The notes beneath the pieces were generated by a model that did not search any database, was not told where the DNA came from, and saw only the letters and a list, made by a program, of their open reading frames with translations. The position numbers were made by a program, and so were the translations under genes. 64,000 bases of DNA. Origin: Stylophora pistillata. Lineage: Eukaryota. This document shows positions 41,487 to 53,744 of this stretch, piece after piece (position 1 is the first letter of the stretch; every line of letters begins with the position of its first letter). Location of the stretch: the NCBI RefSeq assembly GCF_002571385.2, contig NW_019218323.1:125557-189556 (forward strand), read 5' to 3'.

Positions 41487-44400
41487 ATAACGATATCAAG
41501 GGGAGAAAGATGGTAAGACCATGTTGTCAGTGTGAATAGTGTCTTTACCACTGAAGTGGAACAATAATATGCAGTTTTTTACAAACCATCTAGTTGTCTA
41601 ACAATTTTGACTGGCAGGATTTCATCACATGACTAAGGAAAACAAGCTCTCTTTCAAAGGAACGTAATGATTTCCCGGAACATATCAAGAGAAGCGAGGG
41701 AAATAAGGTTAATTCGTATCATATGAAAGAACCAAAGAGCACATTCCTACGTCATTTCTGCCAAATGCAACAGTTGTGGCGTGTTTGATTGGTGGTTTTC
41801 CTTGACACCCAGCAATAATAAGTATTATTTTCATAATTGCCTGTATTTTCACCCGATTTCAAGGGACAAGTCATCAGTTAATTAATGTGGTCCAAATGAT
41901 TCCGGGTCGGTAACTTCGTCGGGCATAATTAAACGCCCTCCAACGGTAGTATATCGAGTTCAAAATAGCAACAAATTATGCGGAGCACAACAAAAGTTCT
42001 TTTTGCGAGAAAACGCAAAGTGCAATTAGGTCAAGAATAACTTCCGTTTTAGTTAAAATACTACAAGTCTCCATGGAGATAGGCGATGTAACGTCAAACA
42101 TCACGTGTGCAACAGGTTACTCGTATTGTTTTCAAGCTTTCTTGGCATTTCCTTTCAGGAAGCTCTCAGGAAGCAGACGAAATTTGCAATAAAACAGAGA
42201 TGTCTGGTTATATTAAAACATGCAACAGACTAAACTGAATATTACAACCTGTTAATTACTTATTATTGAACGTCAGTGATGTCATCAAGTCAACTTGAAT
42301 TTTAAAATTTGCGCTTCGCAAGGCAATAGTGCACTAAGCGCGGAACGATTCGCTGAAAGAGTGGTCGACTTAAAACCTTAATTCCCGTTGTGATGGACAA
42401 AATGAAAGCTCATTTCCGGTGGAATTCGACAAGCAAGAGATATACAGATTGAAACATCGCTGATAACGGTGAATTCATTAGCCGATTGAAAGTTACGAGG
42501 TAGCGTTTTACTTCTGGAAAAGATTTGCGTTGGTTTTTAAGGCAAGCCGTTCTTAATGTTTTAAAGAACGGTTATCTATCCTCCAAATCTCTACTTTACT
42601 GACGTTAAAATCTGTCATTCACTCTCTCGGATAATAATTGCCTCCCTCTTTGGTCTCCAGTTTGCCCGATAACCCAATTTTACCGGCGCTCGATTCCAAG
42701 TACTGTCTAATTCAGAAACAGGTAATTCATGGAGAGCTAGTAAAACAAATGTGGCCGATGTTTATGCGCAAAAATCTGCAGTGCGCATCGTAATTTGTAC
42801 TAATAAATTACCAGCTTATTTGTCCTTACGTTAATATTCAAAGCAAACAACACCATCACAAACATTACCGATCTCAATGATTAAATACCCCTTTTCAATA
42901 GATCAAGTCTCTAATGGTTTTCCAACCGCACTGTCGCACTTTTTAATTGATTTGGAGACATTTAAAGGGTTTCTTATCAAAATAAGGCGTTTCGCGCGAT
43001 TTATTTTGAAGCGACGTTTACCCACTTGTAAGAAAACGGCTCGGTGACCCATAAGGGGCGGGAATATTTTAACCTGGTGTTCTATGCGAAATAAACTTCA
43101 AAGCAATGAGGCGAAAGATCCGTTGTTTTTTTACATTCTCTGACTGATATCTAGGAATGAACTGAAGTCAAGCATTAGTAGCGAGCAAGTGTAATCTATA
43201 GCCTTATTGGACAGGCGCGTTTCACCGGGGGTGTTACCGTGCTCCGTGTATAGAGATCAGCGAATATTAACTCTTAGTAACTCACCTATAGTCACTGGAT
43301 CTACCCTGCCTTTAGGCAAAGGACCTTAGCTCGTTGAAGACCACGTGGTCGGCTACACCGTGAATAAAATTACACAAGAGTGGTAAAGAAACGTAAAGAA
43401 AGCCAAGGCCTTTAACGATGATTGTTCGCCATGGCTCAGCGGTGCGGCGCAGATTGTATGTTTTGAGCAACATCAAATGAGCATCGACATCATTTCCTGT
43501 TTGGTTGTTCGCGTGACTCCCCGGGGACATACGAAGCTTGGAATATCTGTGAAAGCCAATGAAATGCGCTGGCAACTCAACTTGAGCCTTTTCATTGTGA
43601 TTTTTATTTTTCTGGTTCAAATTAAACTTGAGAAGCTTTCGTTGTTGTTGTGAGGTGTAATAGCGCGATAGGATTACCCAAAGAACACGAAACAGGGCAT
43701 TTTTAACACTGATAAGTTGATTACCTTAGAAGCCATTAAAGAAATAAAACCAAGCTTAACCTGTGGAGGCATTTGGCTCGCCAGATGTTTTCTTAGTACA
43801 TGCAGCATCTTATATACCGTACGTCAGTATTTGTCAGTAGTTTCAACTTTCCGGAACTACCGAAAGCTCTCGATGTTCCAAGAAATTCCGCAAGAAAAGA
43901 GGGACGCAAAAACGGAGTATTCCCAACCACAATATGACAAGTGTAACGACTGGTGAAGGCTTTCAAGTAAGAAATAATTGATTTTGCTCAATTTGGAGGA
44001 TAACTAGCTGGATGAAATAGAATCCAATGCCGTTATTTAGCCATTATTATTACTTAACATCTAACATTTGGCTCACGTCTAACGCTTTTCAATAGTTTTG
44101 TCTTGGTGTAAAATGGTCAAAACTTTGCTTGACCATTTTACAAAGATGATCTTTGCCAAATGTGATATCTCTTTGGTAATTTTCTGTTACACAATCAAGA
44201 TAATTTAATGTAAAGGAAGTCGCATGTTTCAGCTTTCTTTCTGGCATAGACGATGCTAACTAAACTGGAGATTTCATTACTGACACAAAGTTTTTCGATT
44301 AAGAGACTGATACGGACATGTGAAGCACTTATCAACAAAGTTTCAGAAGTCGTTATAACTTCACCCTTTGTCACGAATTTTAGGGAAAATAATATACTCA

Positions 44401-45074
44401 TAAATTTTAAGTAAATAAAATGTCATTATTTCCGTTCCAACAGATTACGAGCAGTTCATCGCGTGAGAGAAACATAATCAGCAAGAAAAAAAAAAAACTT
44501 GTTATAAGGTAGCCTTGGCGATTTTTTTTTTTTCAAACGCTGTTTACATTTCCCTCACGCCATGAACTAAGCTACAAAGACTAGGAAGATCTAAGATTAT
44601 CTTTTCAGCTCATGGTTTTGTTTGTCTACAGTCCGGCGTCATGTTTCATTTGATATGATTTCACTTCGCCCCTCCGTCATAATCCAGCAATAATCAGGCT
44701 GGTTGGTGTGGATAACAATAATTTGGAGAAAATTGCCAGTTAATTGTTAGGGGAAGAGGATAAACATAGCTTAGTGATCTGAGTTGCGTGTGATCGTGTT
44801 GGAGTCGTGTTCACGTTGAGGAAATCATGTTTATCGGAACAAATAATCCGTCCGCCATTAGTTCACGCATTAGTCACGCGACACTCTTGGGGGAGGGGCA
44901 GGTAACTTTTTTTTTTTCTACAGTAGGAGGGTTATATAATGGCGTCTTATCGGTACTCCACTACACAGCCACAAGATGCATTGCTTAATCATCACAAACA
45001 AGAGATGATAACTCCACTCTCTCTTGTCACATGATAAATGTCTCACAGCCACAGATGGTAGAATCCAAATCGAA

Positions 45075-45330
45075 CTTGTCCCGCTGCTGCAACTACACGA
45101 ACTGCTACGAAATATGGGAAATGTTTGGATTGTAAGAAAGACCAACTGCTAGCCGAAATTTCTGAAGACGCTGGAAAAGTAGATAACAGCATAAATCTAT
45201 ATTGAGTGGTCGTTGTCGGAAAGAAGAAACTCACGCAAACGTTGACTGTGAGAACACTAAAATTATCCATGCAGACAAGCGTGACCAACGAAAACTTAGT
45301 GAGCCTTCTACTCCGCAAGGTTCAGTGGTT
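45075..45330 (+). mobile_element. Possible decayed transposase fragment
   Basis: Frameshifted translation CCNYTNC/YGKCLDCKKDQLL...Y*VVVVGKKK...TLKLSMQTSVTNENLVSLL resembles Cys-rich segments of DNA transposases. Pattern impression only. Confidence 0.2.
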
Positions 45331-45878
45331 GCGGGAATTTGTGGGGCCTGCCAATATGGGAGGGGGACATGTCATTTAGCTTAGGCCCTCTTTTAATGGG
45401 GGGAGCGCGTTATTTAGCAAGTGTGTTAAGAATCAATACAGCAACTTAAAATGCTAATATCACGTGATCTGTTTCTTAGATCAAGACGGAAACCGCGTGG
45501 GCTCGCCACTACTGACGACTGTAGTCACAGTGTGTATTCGCTTCGTTTTGCTTCTTGGCCGTAAATTTGCTTCTTGCGGTAAATGAGATTTCATTGGGCG
45601 CATATAGCATATAGTTCCGGGCAATCAGCAAGATTGAGTCAACGCGTAATTGCCAAGGTAATGAGGAATACATACACTCAAATATGACTCTTCGGCTCAT
45701 TGCGACTTTGATAAAAGGCGGTCAAAGCTTGGCAGAAGAAAGTCACCACGCAGATGGTTATGGAGGGCCTGGATTATTTGTAGAAAAAAAAAAAAGCACA
45801 ATCCTCTTAGCTTTGTGTTATTTTGCAGATAGCTAGACATCATTTGTAATTGTGGTTTAGAGTAGTTTACTTCCTTAT

Positions 45879-46045
45879 CTAGGGCGGAACCAGGGGTGGT
45901 TCGGGTAGTTCGGTCGAATCCCCTAAATTTTTCCTCAGAACGCTGGAAATCATGTTACCGAAGACCTAATTTTCAAAATCTTGAACCCCTCAGAAGGGGA
46001 ACAATTCTCCGAACCCCCCTTGACGAGATCCTGGATCCGCCCCAG
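45879..46045. mobile_element. MITE inserted upstream of the GRDP pseudogene
   Basis: TIRs CTAGGGCGGAACCAGG ... CCTGGATCCGCCCCAG; absent from the homologous flank of the intact copy (~54125). Confidence 0.7.
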
Positions 46046-46605
46046 CTTCTAGAGCAGAGACAAAGGTTAGCTATCATTGTTCTCGTTGCTCATTTAAATA
46101 TCACGCTATTTTTTGTTGCATGGCATGTAGGAGTAATCATAGGCGAATCGGTATAAGAACTTCGTGTACTCTCGCATATTGAGTAATGACTATTTTTTTT
46201 CGAATTTTCTCCATGTCTAGTATTGCTTCATAGTAATTACAAGTCGTGATGTACCGTCCTGAGTTTCAATTCGTTCTTGATCTTGTGGAAGCTGCCCTTG
46301 CTGAACGCCAGTTCTTGAAGCTCGTTGATGATTATCCAAACTTATATGTTGGTCCTCACGTTAAAAACGCAATCAGAAGGTGTGCTCTGTTCCTTTCATG
46401 GACACTACTAAACAAGGAATTCTCGAGAGAAGACCAATGGAATACAGTCAGTATGTTTAGTAGTGAAATCTACTGCTTTGTTATTTTCTGAGTCCAGAAC
46501 TAAAAGCCAACGACGAGCTTTGCTCAAGAACGTAATTTCGACGTGGGAGGCGTGAAATGACTTAAAGGCTCGTCATTATAAAGCGAGAGAGCTTAGTTAT
46601 CAAGT

Positions 46606-46632
46606 GAGAGAGAGAGAGAGAGAGAGAGAGAG
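46606..46632. repeat. (GA)n microsatellite
   Basis: Direct observation. Confidence 0.95.
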
Positions 46633-46966
46633 GTGGTTGGCTTCGGTTAATCCAATGAAATAACAGTACAAAGGTACAGGTGTACTCGACTGTCAATGCA
46701 ACAAGGGGGTGTCTTTCATTTCTTTACACTAAGGCCTTTCTTATGTATTACTTCGCGACGGAAATACTTCCTATTGGCTTGACTAGTTCGATGTTAACAA
46801 GAGCTTTTGGCCCGATGATTTTTTGTTTGGAGCTGCATCATGACGCGTAATAGATGTCGCTGCTACGAAAGATTCCTCTAGCCCATGATGTCTGAATTTT
46901 GTATGCCATCGAAACAAAAAGAAAAAGAAATACATTTATGATAGTTAGATGGAAGTTCTATGAAAC

Positions 46967-47190
46967 CTCTTTCTCTTCTGGTTAGTCAGTCCTATGTGGG
47001 CTGTTCTCATCTGAAGGCAGATCCTTTCATTCATTTTTCCCTCTTCTTTCTCTCTTAAGTAGCCAGTCCTTGTCTGAAGGACTTCTCTATTTTTTGCTTT
47101 TTTTTTAAAGGGGTTCTCTCTCTCTTGGGTAGTCAGTCCTATTTGGGCTGTTTTTATCTGAAGACAGAACTTTTAAGATTTTTTTTTTTC
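46967..47190. repeat. Diverged tandem repeat (~3 units of ~75 bp)
   Basis: Recurring CTCTCTT..GTAGTCAGTCCT...TCTGAAG at ~46970, ~47050 and ~47120. Confidence 0.6.
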
Positions 47191-48289
47191 TTCTGGTTCT
47201 CTCGGGTCTCTCGGCGCGTGTTTTAGATGCTTGGAAATACACAAAATCTGAATCACCGAAATCATGATGCTAATAGTTCCATCCACACTACCACCCCCCC
47301 CCCCATTTGCATTATAACTTTCTTTGAACTAAACCCTCGCTTCTAGTGACTGAATGTCGTTGAGTCCGATATTCGACGTCAGTCCGTTATTCGACTGAGT
47401 TGCTGTTTTCCTCCGTCGCAGTCATGAACCACGTCGGTGATGTTGTGAGCATGGCACACCTTCTTCGCGAAAATTTGCTTCCGACGAAGGAGCAAGTTAA
47501 CAATTTCCCTCTTTGTTGTACTTGGGACGAGTTTGGAGGAGAAAGAGCAATGCTAATAACAGGGTGCAAAGACTCGTTGTCCGGAGCACATGAGAAGAAA
47601 AAAGTACAAAAATGAGAAGAAACCTTCTATATAAATCTCTGTGAAAAAGAGATAATCCAAGCCAACCTTCAGACTGGAGTTATCTCTTTTCCATCAACTG
47701 TAAGCGCTGTATCAGAAAGCATCGCTCTTGGATTCTCTCAATCTGTAGCCGTTCTTCATCTTTTGTGTCAGCCTAACGCTCCGAAGGGAACGACCGTCCG
47801 ATACGTGATGCCATCAGCAATTGCGCCAAACCAGAGATGCTACTTTTACAATCCAGGAATAATTAAGGACGAAAAACTAAAACTTGTGGTTGCGGCAGGG
47901 TTTTAAGCAAGCACTATACCAACTAACTCATATGTGAAGTACGTTCTCGAAGGAGGTGCCTGTGTGTTGTGTTGTGGAGGATGCGGTGGTTGTGGAGGAT
48001 GTGGTGGTTGTGGAGGATGCTTGTGGGGATGTGGTGGCTGTGGTTGCCGGGGATGCGGCGGCTGTGGTTTGAGTTGGCTGTGGGGATTAAGGCTTAGTTA
48101 CTAACGATGGAAATATTAACATAATGTGTGTATGCGATCCTCATTATGCCAGATAAGTCGAGAAGGAACTTGGACTAGACTTAGATTTGTTCGTGTACAA
48201 AGTGTATAAGAACTCGCACCTGCAAGGCATTTAATGCCCTACCCTCTCTTTTACGAAAATAAGCAAAATAGCGAAATATTGTTGTAGGA

Positions 48290-49046
48290 GATGAACATGC
48301 CTGTACGAACAAGCTTTGGACAACATAAGTGCTCGTATGCTTCCTGACCCGTCGGCTGTTATTGCCCCACCTTTGACTTACCTAATTAACATGTCTTTTC
48401 GGACGAAAATCTTTCCGGACACGTTGAGTGTAAAAAGATTAGGGCCTTGTTTAAACGAAACAAAATAATTTACTATTTGATGAACAGTCGCTCCACTGCT
48501 ACTGCCTGCCCTGTGTCAGTTTACTGATGATTTACCTATTAACATGGACAAAGGCAAGTTCACAAGAGTCGTTTACTTCGACTTGAAAAAGGCATTCGAT
48601 ACCGTGGACCATAAAATACTAATTTCAAAACTTAAGACTATCGGTGCCGTGTGTCCGGAATAACATTAAACTGGTTTCAATCTTATCGAACTTCTCGTTG
48701 CCAAATGACTGAAAAGGGTCGATATCTTTCTAGCACTCGGCGAGTAACCGTTGGCGTGCCTCAGGGGTCCATACAAGGGCCCTTATTGTTTTTTGTGTAC
48801 ATTAATGATATTCAAAAGTCCTTGACGTAGGTATCTATGGCCTTATTTGCTGATGACGCAGCGTTGTCCTATTCGTCTTTATGCCAAGTTAATGGACTCC
48901 CTCCAGGTACTGTGCAGTTTTTGGCTGTAGTTATTATCAGTTTTTAGTTTTTTTATTTTAGTTTTTAGTGTTTAAAAACAATACTCGCCTGAAAACCGCC
49001 TGTGAGTGAGGCTATCTCCTGTATAAAGACTGTAACTATTATCATA
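48290..49046 (+). mobile_element. 5'-truncated, degenerate CR1/L2-clade LINE (reverse transcriptase remnant plus 3' UTR)
   Basis: LDNISARML, IAPPLTYLINMS, NMDKGKFTRVVYFDLKKAFDTVDHKILISKL (48541-48633), NWFQSY, GVPQGSIQGPLLFFVYINDI (from 48753), LFADD (~48846); stops and frameshifts; TAT-rich tail. Confidence 0.9.
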
Positions 49047-50739
49047 ACCGTGTCAAAGGCATCTTCCTGCATAGAAGTAAGCTTTTTCAGTCACTTCATG
49101 CCGTAACTTCAAAACAGGGCCGTTCACAGTAATTTATAATGCAACTTCTCTGTATTTGGTTAAACATTTTTGGTGTGCAACAGTTAGGAGACTGTCAGCT
49201 AAAACTTCGTAGAAGCATACTTTTAAAAGTCCAATTTTAAAAACAATGACTCGGACTCCTTCGTTTTAAAGCTTGTAATATTTGTTCAACTTCGTGAATG
49301 CAACGCTTCTTCTCTAGTGAACAGTTGAAAAAAAAAAGGAAAATGAATACGAGTTGGCTGTACTGAGAAAATAGCCATTTTGTATCTCGGTTTAGTGGTT
49401 AAAGTAAGCATATAAAAAGGTTGTGCTTTTTCAGCGTGGTAAAATACGATTGTGATAAGGTATTCTATTGCTTGTCTCACGATGTGTTCACTTATGATGT
49501 GAATCGCGGCGAAGTTTCGACTGCACAATGTGCAGTCGAAACGAAATGTACTCAGGCTAGTCTTCACCTTCTGATGGACCTTATCGCCTGATGAATACTA
49601 GCCGTATGCAGTCCAAACCTCTCGATTCACATAACAGGTATCATAAGTGACCACATCGTGAGACAAACGATAATACTTTAGTATCATTGAACATATATCT
49701 AAAGTTCAAGGTAATCGTGACTGTTACGCTACTTGTGAGTTAATTTGAGCGGCCGACACAAACACATTTTTCTTGCTCGCTATTCACGATTTAAGCTGAT
49801 ACATGCCGGGGAGATGTTAGTTACTTATTTATTGATAACAATAAATGAAAAAATTTTGAATTTGCCGCTGAAAATGAACCGATGAATATAAACGCTGTGT
49901 AAAAAAAAAAAAATTTAAAAACATTCGCTCTGCATCAGAAGATGACTAATTAATTTGAAAGTTTCATTGCAAGAAGATGAAAACGGACGGACGGCTATTC
50001 TCCACAGCAAAGAAACGGGGATTTCCTCTTTCTAGGTTTGCACTAGAGGCGACTTCAGTTAAAGAGCAATGATATCATGGCTTTAACTAAAAACGAAAAG
50101 TATGCTCGGTCGCACAGCCTTGCTTTAAGGTCTACTCCCCTCCCCTCCCATAAGCTTCGCCACTGATCTTCATTTTTGGTACGTTGACTCTAGCAAGTTT
50201 ACTTTCCTTTCGTGTACGAAGTTAAACATAAAGACAAACCACAGTGAAAATGGACAAACAGAAGACCTTAGAATTTGTTTCAGTCGCGTCGTTATGGTGT
50301 ATTTGTTCTAGACAAACTTGGTTTGTTTGTATCATCACGCGCAGAAACTGGAAGAGATTGTTTGCTTATAGTCCGAGCTCCAATCAAAGTAGTTAACCAT
50401 TTCACCTCGTTGGTTTGACAAAATACAAGTACAAAGAAATCAAGTTTACAATTTATTGATTTATAGCATACAGGAATGAATTCGTGAGCATCATGATGCT
50501 AATAGTTCCATCCACACTACCATCCTCCCCCCCCTCATTTGCACAATGACCAGCGCACGTTGCGGTGAATCGCGACAGAGGGATACCGAGAGATTGTAGG
50601 AGAAGTCCAAGGGAATTGTCGCATCATTCCGTTTTTTTTCTTTTTATTTCAAGGGTACAAGCTAATGGGAGTGATTAGAGTACCAATAGGAATAAACCCA
50701 GCAAATTCGAGATTCATTGAACAACAACTTACTTTTAAT

Positions 50740-50928
50740 TTGCAAATTTATGAGCTTTGACAAAGGCTGAGTCATGCCTTGAATGGCTAAAAGAACACCT
50801 ACTTCCTCTTGCAAATTTTATGAGCCTTGACAAAGGCTGAGTCATGCCTTGAATGGCTAAAAGAACACCTACTTCCTCTTGCAAATTTTATGAGCCTTGA
50901 CAAAGGCTGAGTCATGCCCTGAATGGCT
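50740..50928. repeat. Tandem repeat, ~2.7 x 70 bp, each unit carrying GCTGAGTCAT
   Basis: Units start at 50740, 50809 and 50879 and are nearly identical. Confidence 0.92.
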
Positions 50929-51550
50929 TAAATTGCTAAGTGGACGATGACCGACCTTAAATATCGAATGGTTCAAACACTTGACAGAAGATGATCAAGT
51001 GAAAATTGACGTTGGAGAGGCTGGAGTCCATCTCAGCACTGAACTAAGGCTCAAAGAGGAGAATCATACAGTAACTGGTATTTTTCCTTTCTTACTTCCC
51101 GGTAACTTGAATCGGTTGTTTCAAGTAATCGTTTGATATAGATAATGAATTTATATTAGCTAACTTCCTGCTCAGGAGGCTATTTCAAAATGGCTCTTTA
51201 ACACTTTGAAGCACATTTTGTACAGCCTCATGAAGAATAATAGTTTTGACTACATTACCTCGCATTTTTTCACTTTTGCGCTGTAATCTTCAATGAGTAG
51301 TTAGTTTCGAAGTGGTCTTAATATCCGAACTGCTGACTCGTTGAGTAAATAGTTATTAAGACTTAGTTCTCCCAACATAATAGATAAACTGAAATTTAAT
51401 GATCCGAATTTTTGAATATTTCAATGTGCTCGCATTTCATAAACTACCATTTTAGACGAGGCGCACTCTCTTAATCGATTTCGGGGACAGTTTCTAGTAT
51501 ATCTTTAGTATTGTTGTTCTAAGAACGAGAGAATTATGAAGAAAATGTTA

Positions 51551-51591
51551 CTGACATAAGTCACTTGACATAAGTCACTGACATAAGTCAC
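51551..51591. repeat. 3 x TGACATAAGTCA short tandem repeat
   Basis: Units at 51552, 51566 and 51579. Confidence 0.9.
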
Positions 51592-53046
51592 AAAGAGAGT
51601 GTGAGTAAACTTTTTGATATCAGAGTTATGACTTCGAACCGAACAATCTGTCCTAAAATATCTCCTGGAGCACACCTCACGGCTTTCGCTGTATCGTTTA
51701 CCTCTTAATTTGCCATTCGTAGGTACTGTATGTTTACGACAAATAGAAAGCGGAGAAAAGCGAAGCTTTGTCGTCGGTTCAGCTATTTGCACACTACAGT
51801 AAAAGTCTTTCAAATAACCTGTAAAAACAGCCTTTTCTCGCGTTTTTCTGTCGTTGATTTTGAGATTGTAGAAAAATTGAGCAAAGAAGAGTGTGTTGTT
51901 TTCTCAGTTTTCCGTATCCACAAGGGCAAAGTCATGCATCAAGTGTGTTGAGTGGCTGGGAGTACAACGGTGATTGTAGAGCGATCAAAAGTTGACAGAA
52001 CTGAGCCAATCACTTCAGAGTTGACTCTCGAAAACTTAGATTCGTTATCTGGAAGAAAAATGGCAAATGGGCGTTAAATCTGGAAGAAGCATGTTTATAT
52101 TTCCTTTTCCTTGAACTTTCGGTAATTATAAGTAACTCGAATCAGTTATTTCTTCTGTGAATCGTTTAGAACAGGCTGACGATCATGAGTTGCTGTTTAA
52201 AGAGAAAACTTAGTTTTTGAAAAGAAAGTCTCTGAACTTTTTAGAGCATTATAACGTTCTCATGTCATATGACAGGGTCCTCCGTTAATAAATTTACTTC
52301 CTATTCAGCCTAGCACAGTGGCGCATGATATAAACACAAGATATCTGAGTTAATTTGAGTTAAATTGCGCATGATGCCATTTCTCGAGAGTTTATCCATA
52401 CACCCATCCTCTGAGACAATGAAGAAGTGCATGCATTAGGTACTTACTCATCGCATGTTCAGATAGAAGCTATCCTTCGCCATGTAACGTTACAAGTAAT
52501 TAAGGTCGAAGATCAGTCTGTTTACAACTCTGAGTCATTTTGAGCATGATAGAGGATCACCTTTTAAAAAGCGAAACCTTGAAATGACATTTTCCTCGTC
52601 ATCTGCTAGTTATCTGCAAGCGAAGAGTAAATGCCTAGGAATAAATTGGTGCTCACATTAGCCGGGCCTTGTCTGTCTCGATTATGACAAGTAGGAAGTG
52701 AGAAATTGAACTTGTCTGTTTAAGACCGTTTTTGCCTTCAGTTTAAAGTGAAAATATATTAAGTTGACACTGGACAAAACTTTTTTTCAAATGATTCTCA
52801 ATTGTTAATTTGAAGATTTTGGAAATTCGAAAATGAAAAAAAATAAGAGTTAATTTTCATAGTCAGTCTCCGTATCCGCTAAAGCGGGGTCAAATATTAA
52901 GTGGCTTGAGTGTCTAGGAAAACAACGGTAAATATCGAGGTTCTTTGATCAAGCCGCAGCTGTCACCTGGATAAAAGACAAAAGACTGAGTGTTTGATTA
53001 AATTTATACCTGACTAGCTACATGTACTTTACGTTTCTCGTTTCAG

Positions 53047-53132
53047 GAGAGATTCTCTCACATTTACACCTTATTTTGGTCATCCAATTAATTACTTCCG
53101 CAAACAGATAGGAGGTTTACAATTCTAAGGAG
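53047..53132 (+). other. Candidate non-coding 5' UTR exon of the intact GRDP gene
   Basis: Branch-like CTGAC at ~53010, pyrimidine tract and TTTCAG acceptor, strong AG|GTAAGC donor. The coding exon 1 is itself preceded by an acceptor (CCCTGTTTAG at 54359). Confidence 0.4.
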
Positions 53133-53298
53133 GTAAGCAGTCTTAGTCGAGCGCGAAAACACAAATTCTAACTTTCTTACGATGATGGTCTTGTTACATA
53201 CCTTTGCAAATTATCAATCTATGGAAGTGGCGGTCGGTAGAGTGATATCACTCGGGGCCCACACAAGCGGGGTGTCTGGTCGTTTGTTCGAAATATAA

Positions 53299-53744
53299 AG
53301 AAATGTCTGGGAGAATATTGAAGAGTCGTAAATAAATCGTAAACTTATATCAAGGAATGTCCATGTTAAGGCTCACAATAAATGCAAAACCTACCTCACT
53401 TGCTGCGTATTGTCGTTTCTGAGCGATTAATATATTTGGTAGATTTTGCGTTGAGTGTTACTTTACTTCTTATACAGTAAAGTATATTCTATTAATAGAA
53501 GTATATATATATACAGTAAAGTATATTATACAGTAAAGTATATTATACAGTAAAGTATATTATACAGTAAAGTATATACTCAACGCAAAATCTACTAAAT
53601 CGCCCAAATTCGCCATTTAGAACCACAGAAACGACAATACACAGCAAGTGAGGTAGGTTTACATTTATTTTGAGCCTTAAAATAGACATTCCTTGATATA
53701 AGTTTACGATATTACGACTCTTCAATTTTCTCCCATACATTTCT
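53299..53744. repeat. Long inverted repeat (foldback) with central 17-bp tandem units
   Basis: Arms of ~170 bp (AGAAATGTCTGGGAGAATATTGAAGAGTCGTAA... versus ...TTACGACTCTTCAATTTTCTCCCATACATTTCT). TATACAGTAAAGTATAT occurs at 53471, 53510, 53527, 53544 and 53561. Confidence 0.92.

Larger units (their letters stand above)
46249..48090 (+). pseudogene. GRDP-like (DUF1399) pseudogene, copy 1
   Basis: Exon 1 (46249-46379, [43 protein letters not shown]) is intact. Exon 2 is missing. The exon-3 remnant (~47318-48090) has internal deletions, stops (TGA 47613, TAA 47904), frameshifts and a degenerate CGG tail. Confidence 0.88.

Noticed and set aside
43312-43620. 102-aa minus-strand ORF
   Set aside because: No recognisable domain, no ATG at its start and no supporting splice structure.
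47613-47615. In-frame TGA as selenocysteine or readthrough in GRDP copy 1
   Set aside because: The position does not align to a Cys, and the copy also has a TAA, frameshifts and loss of exon 2.
50740-50928. CRISPR-like array (also 41427-41486 and 53471-53577)
   Set aside because: Head-to-tail tandem units with no unique spacers, eukaryotic context and no cas genes.
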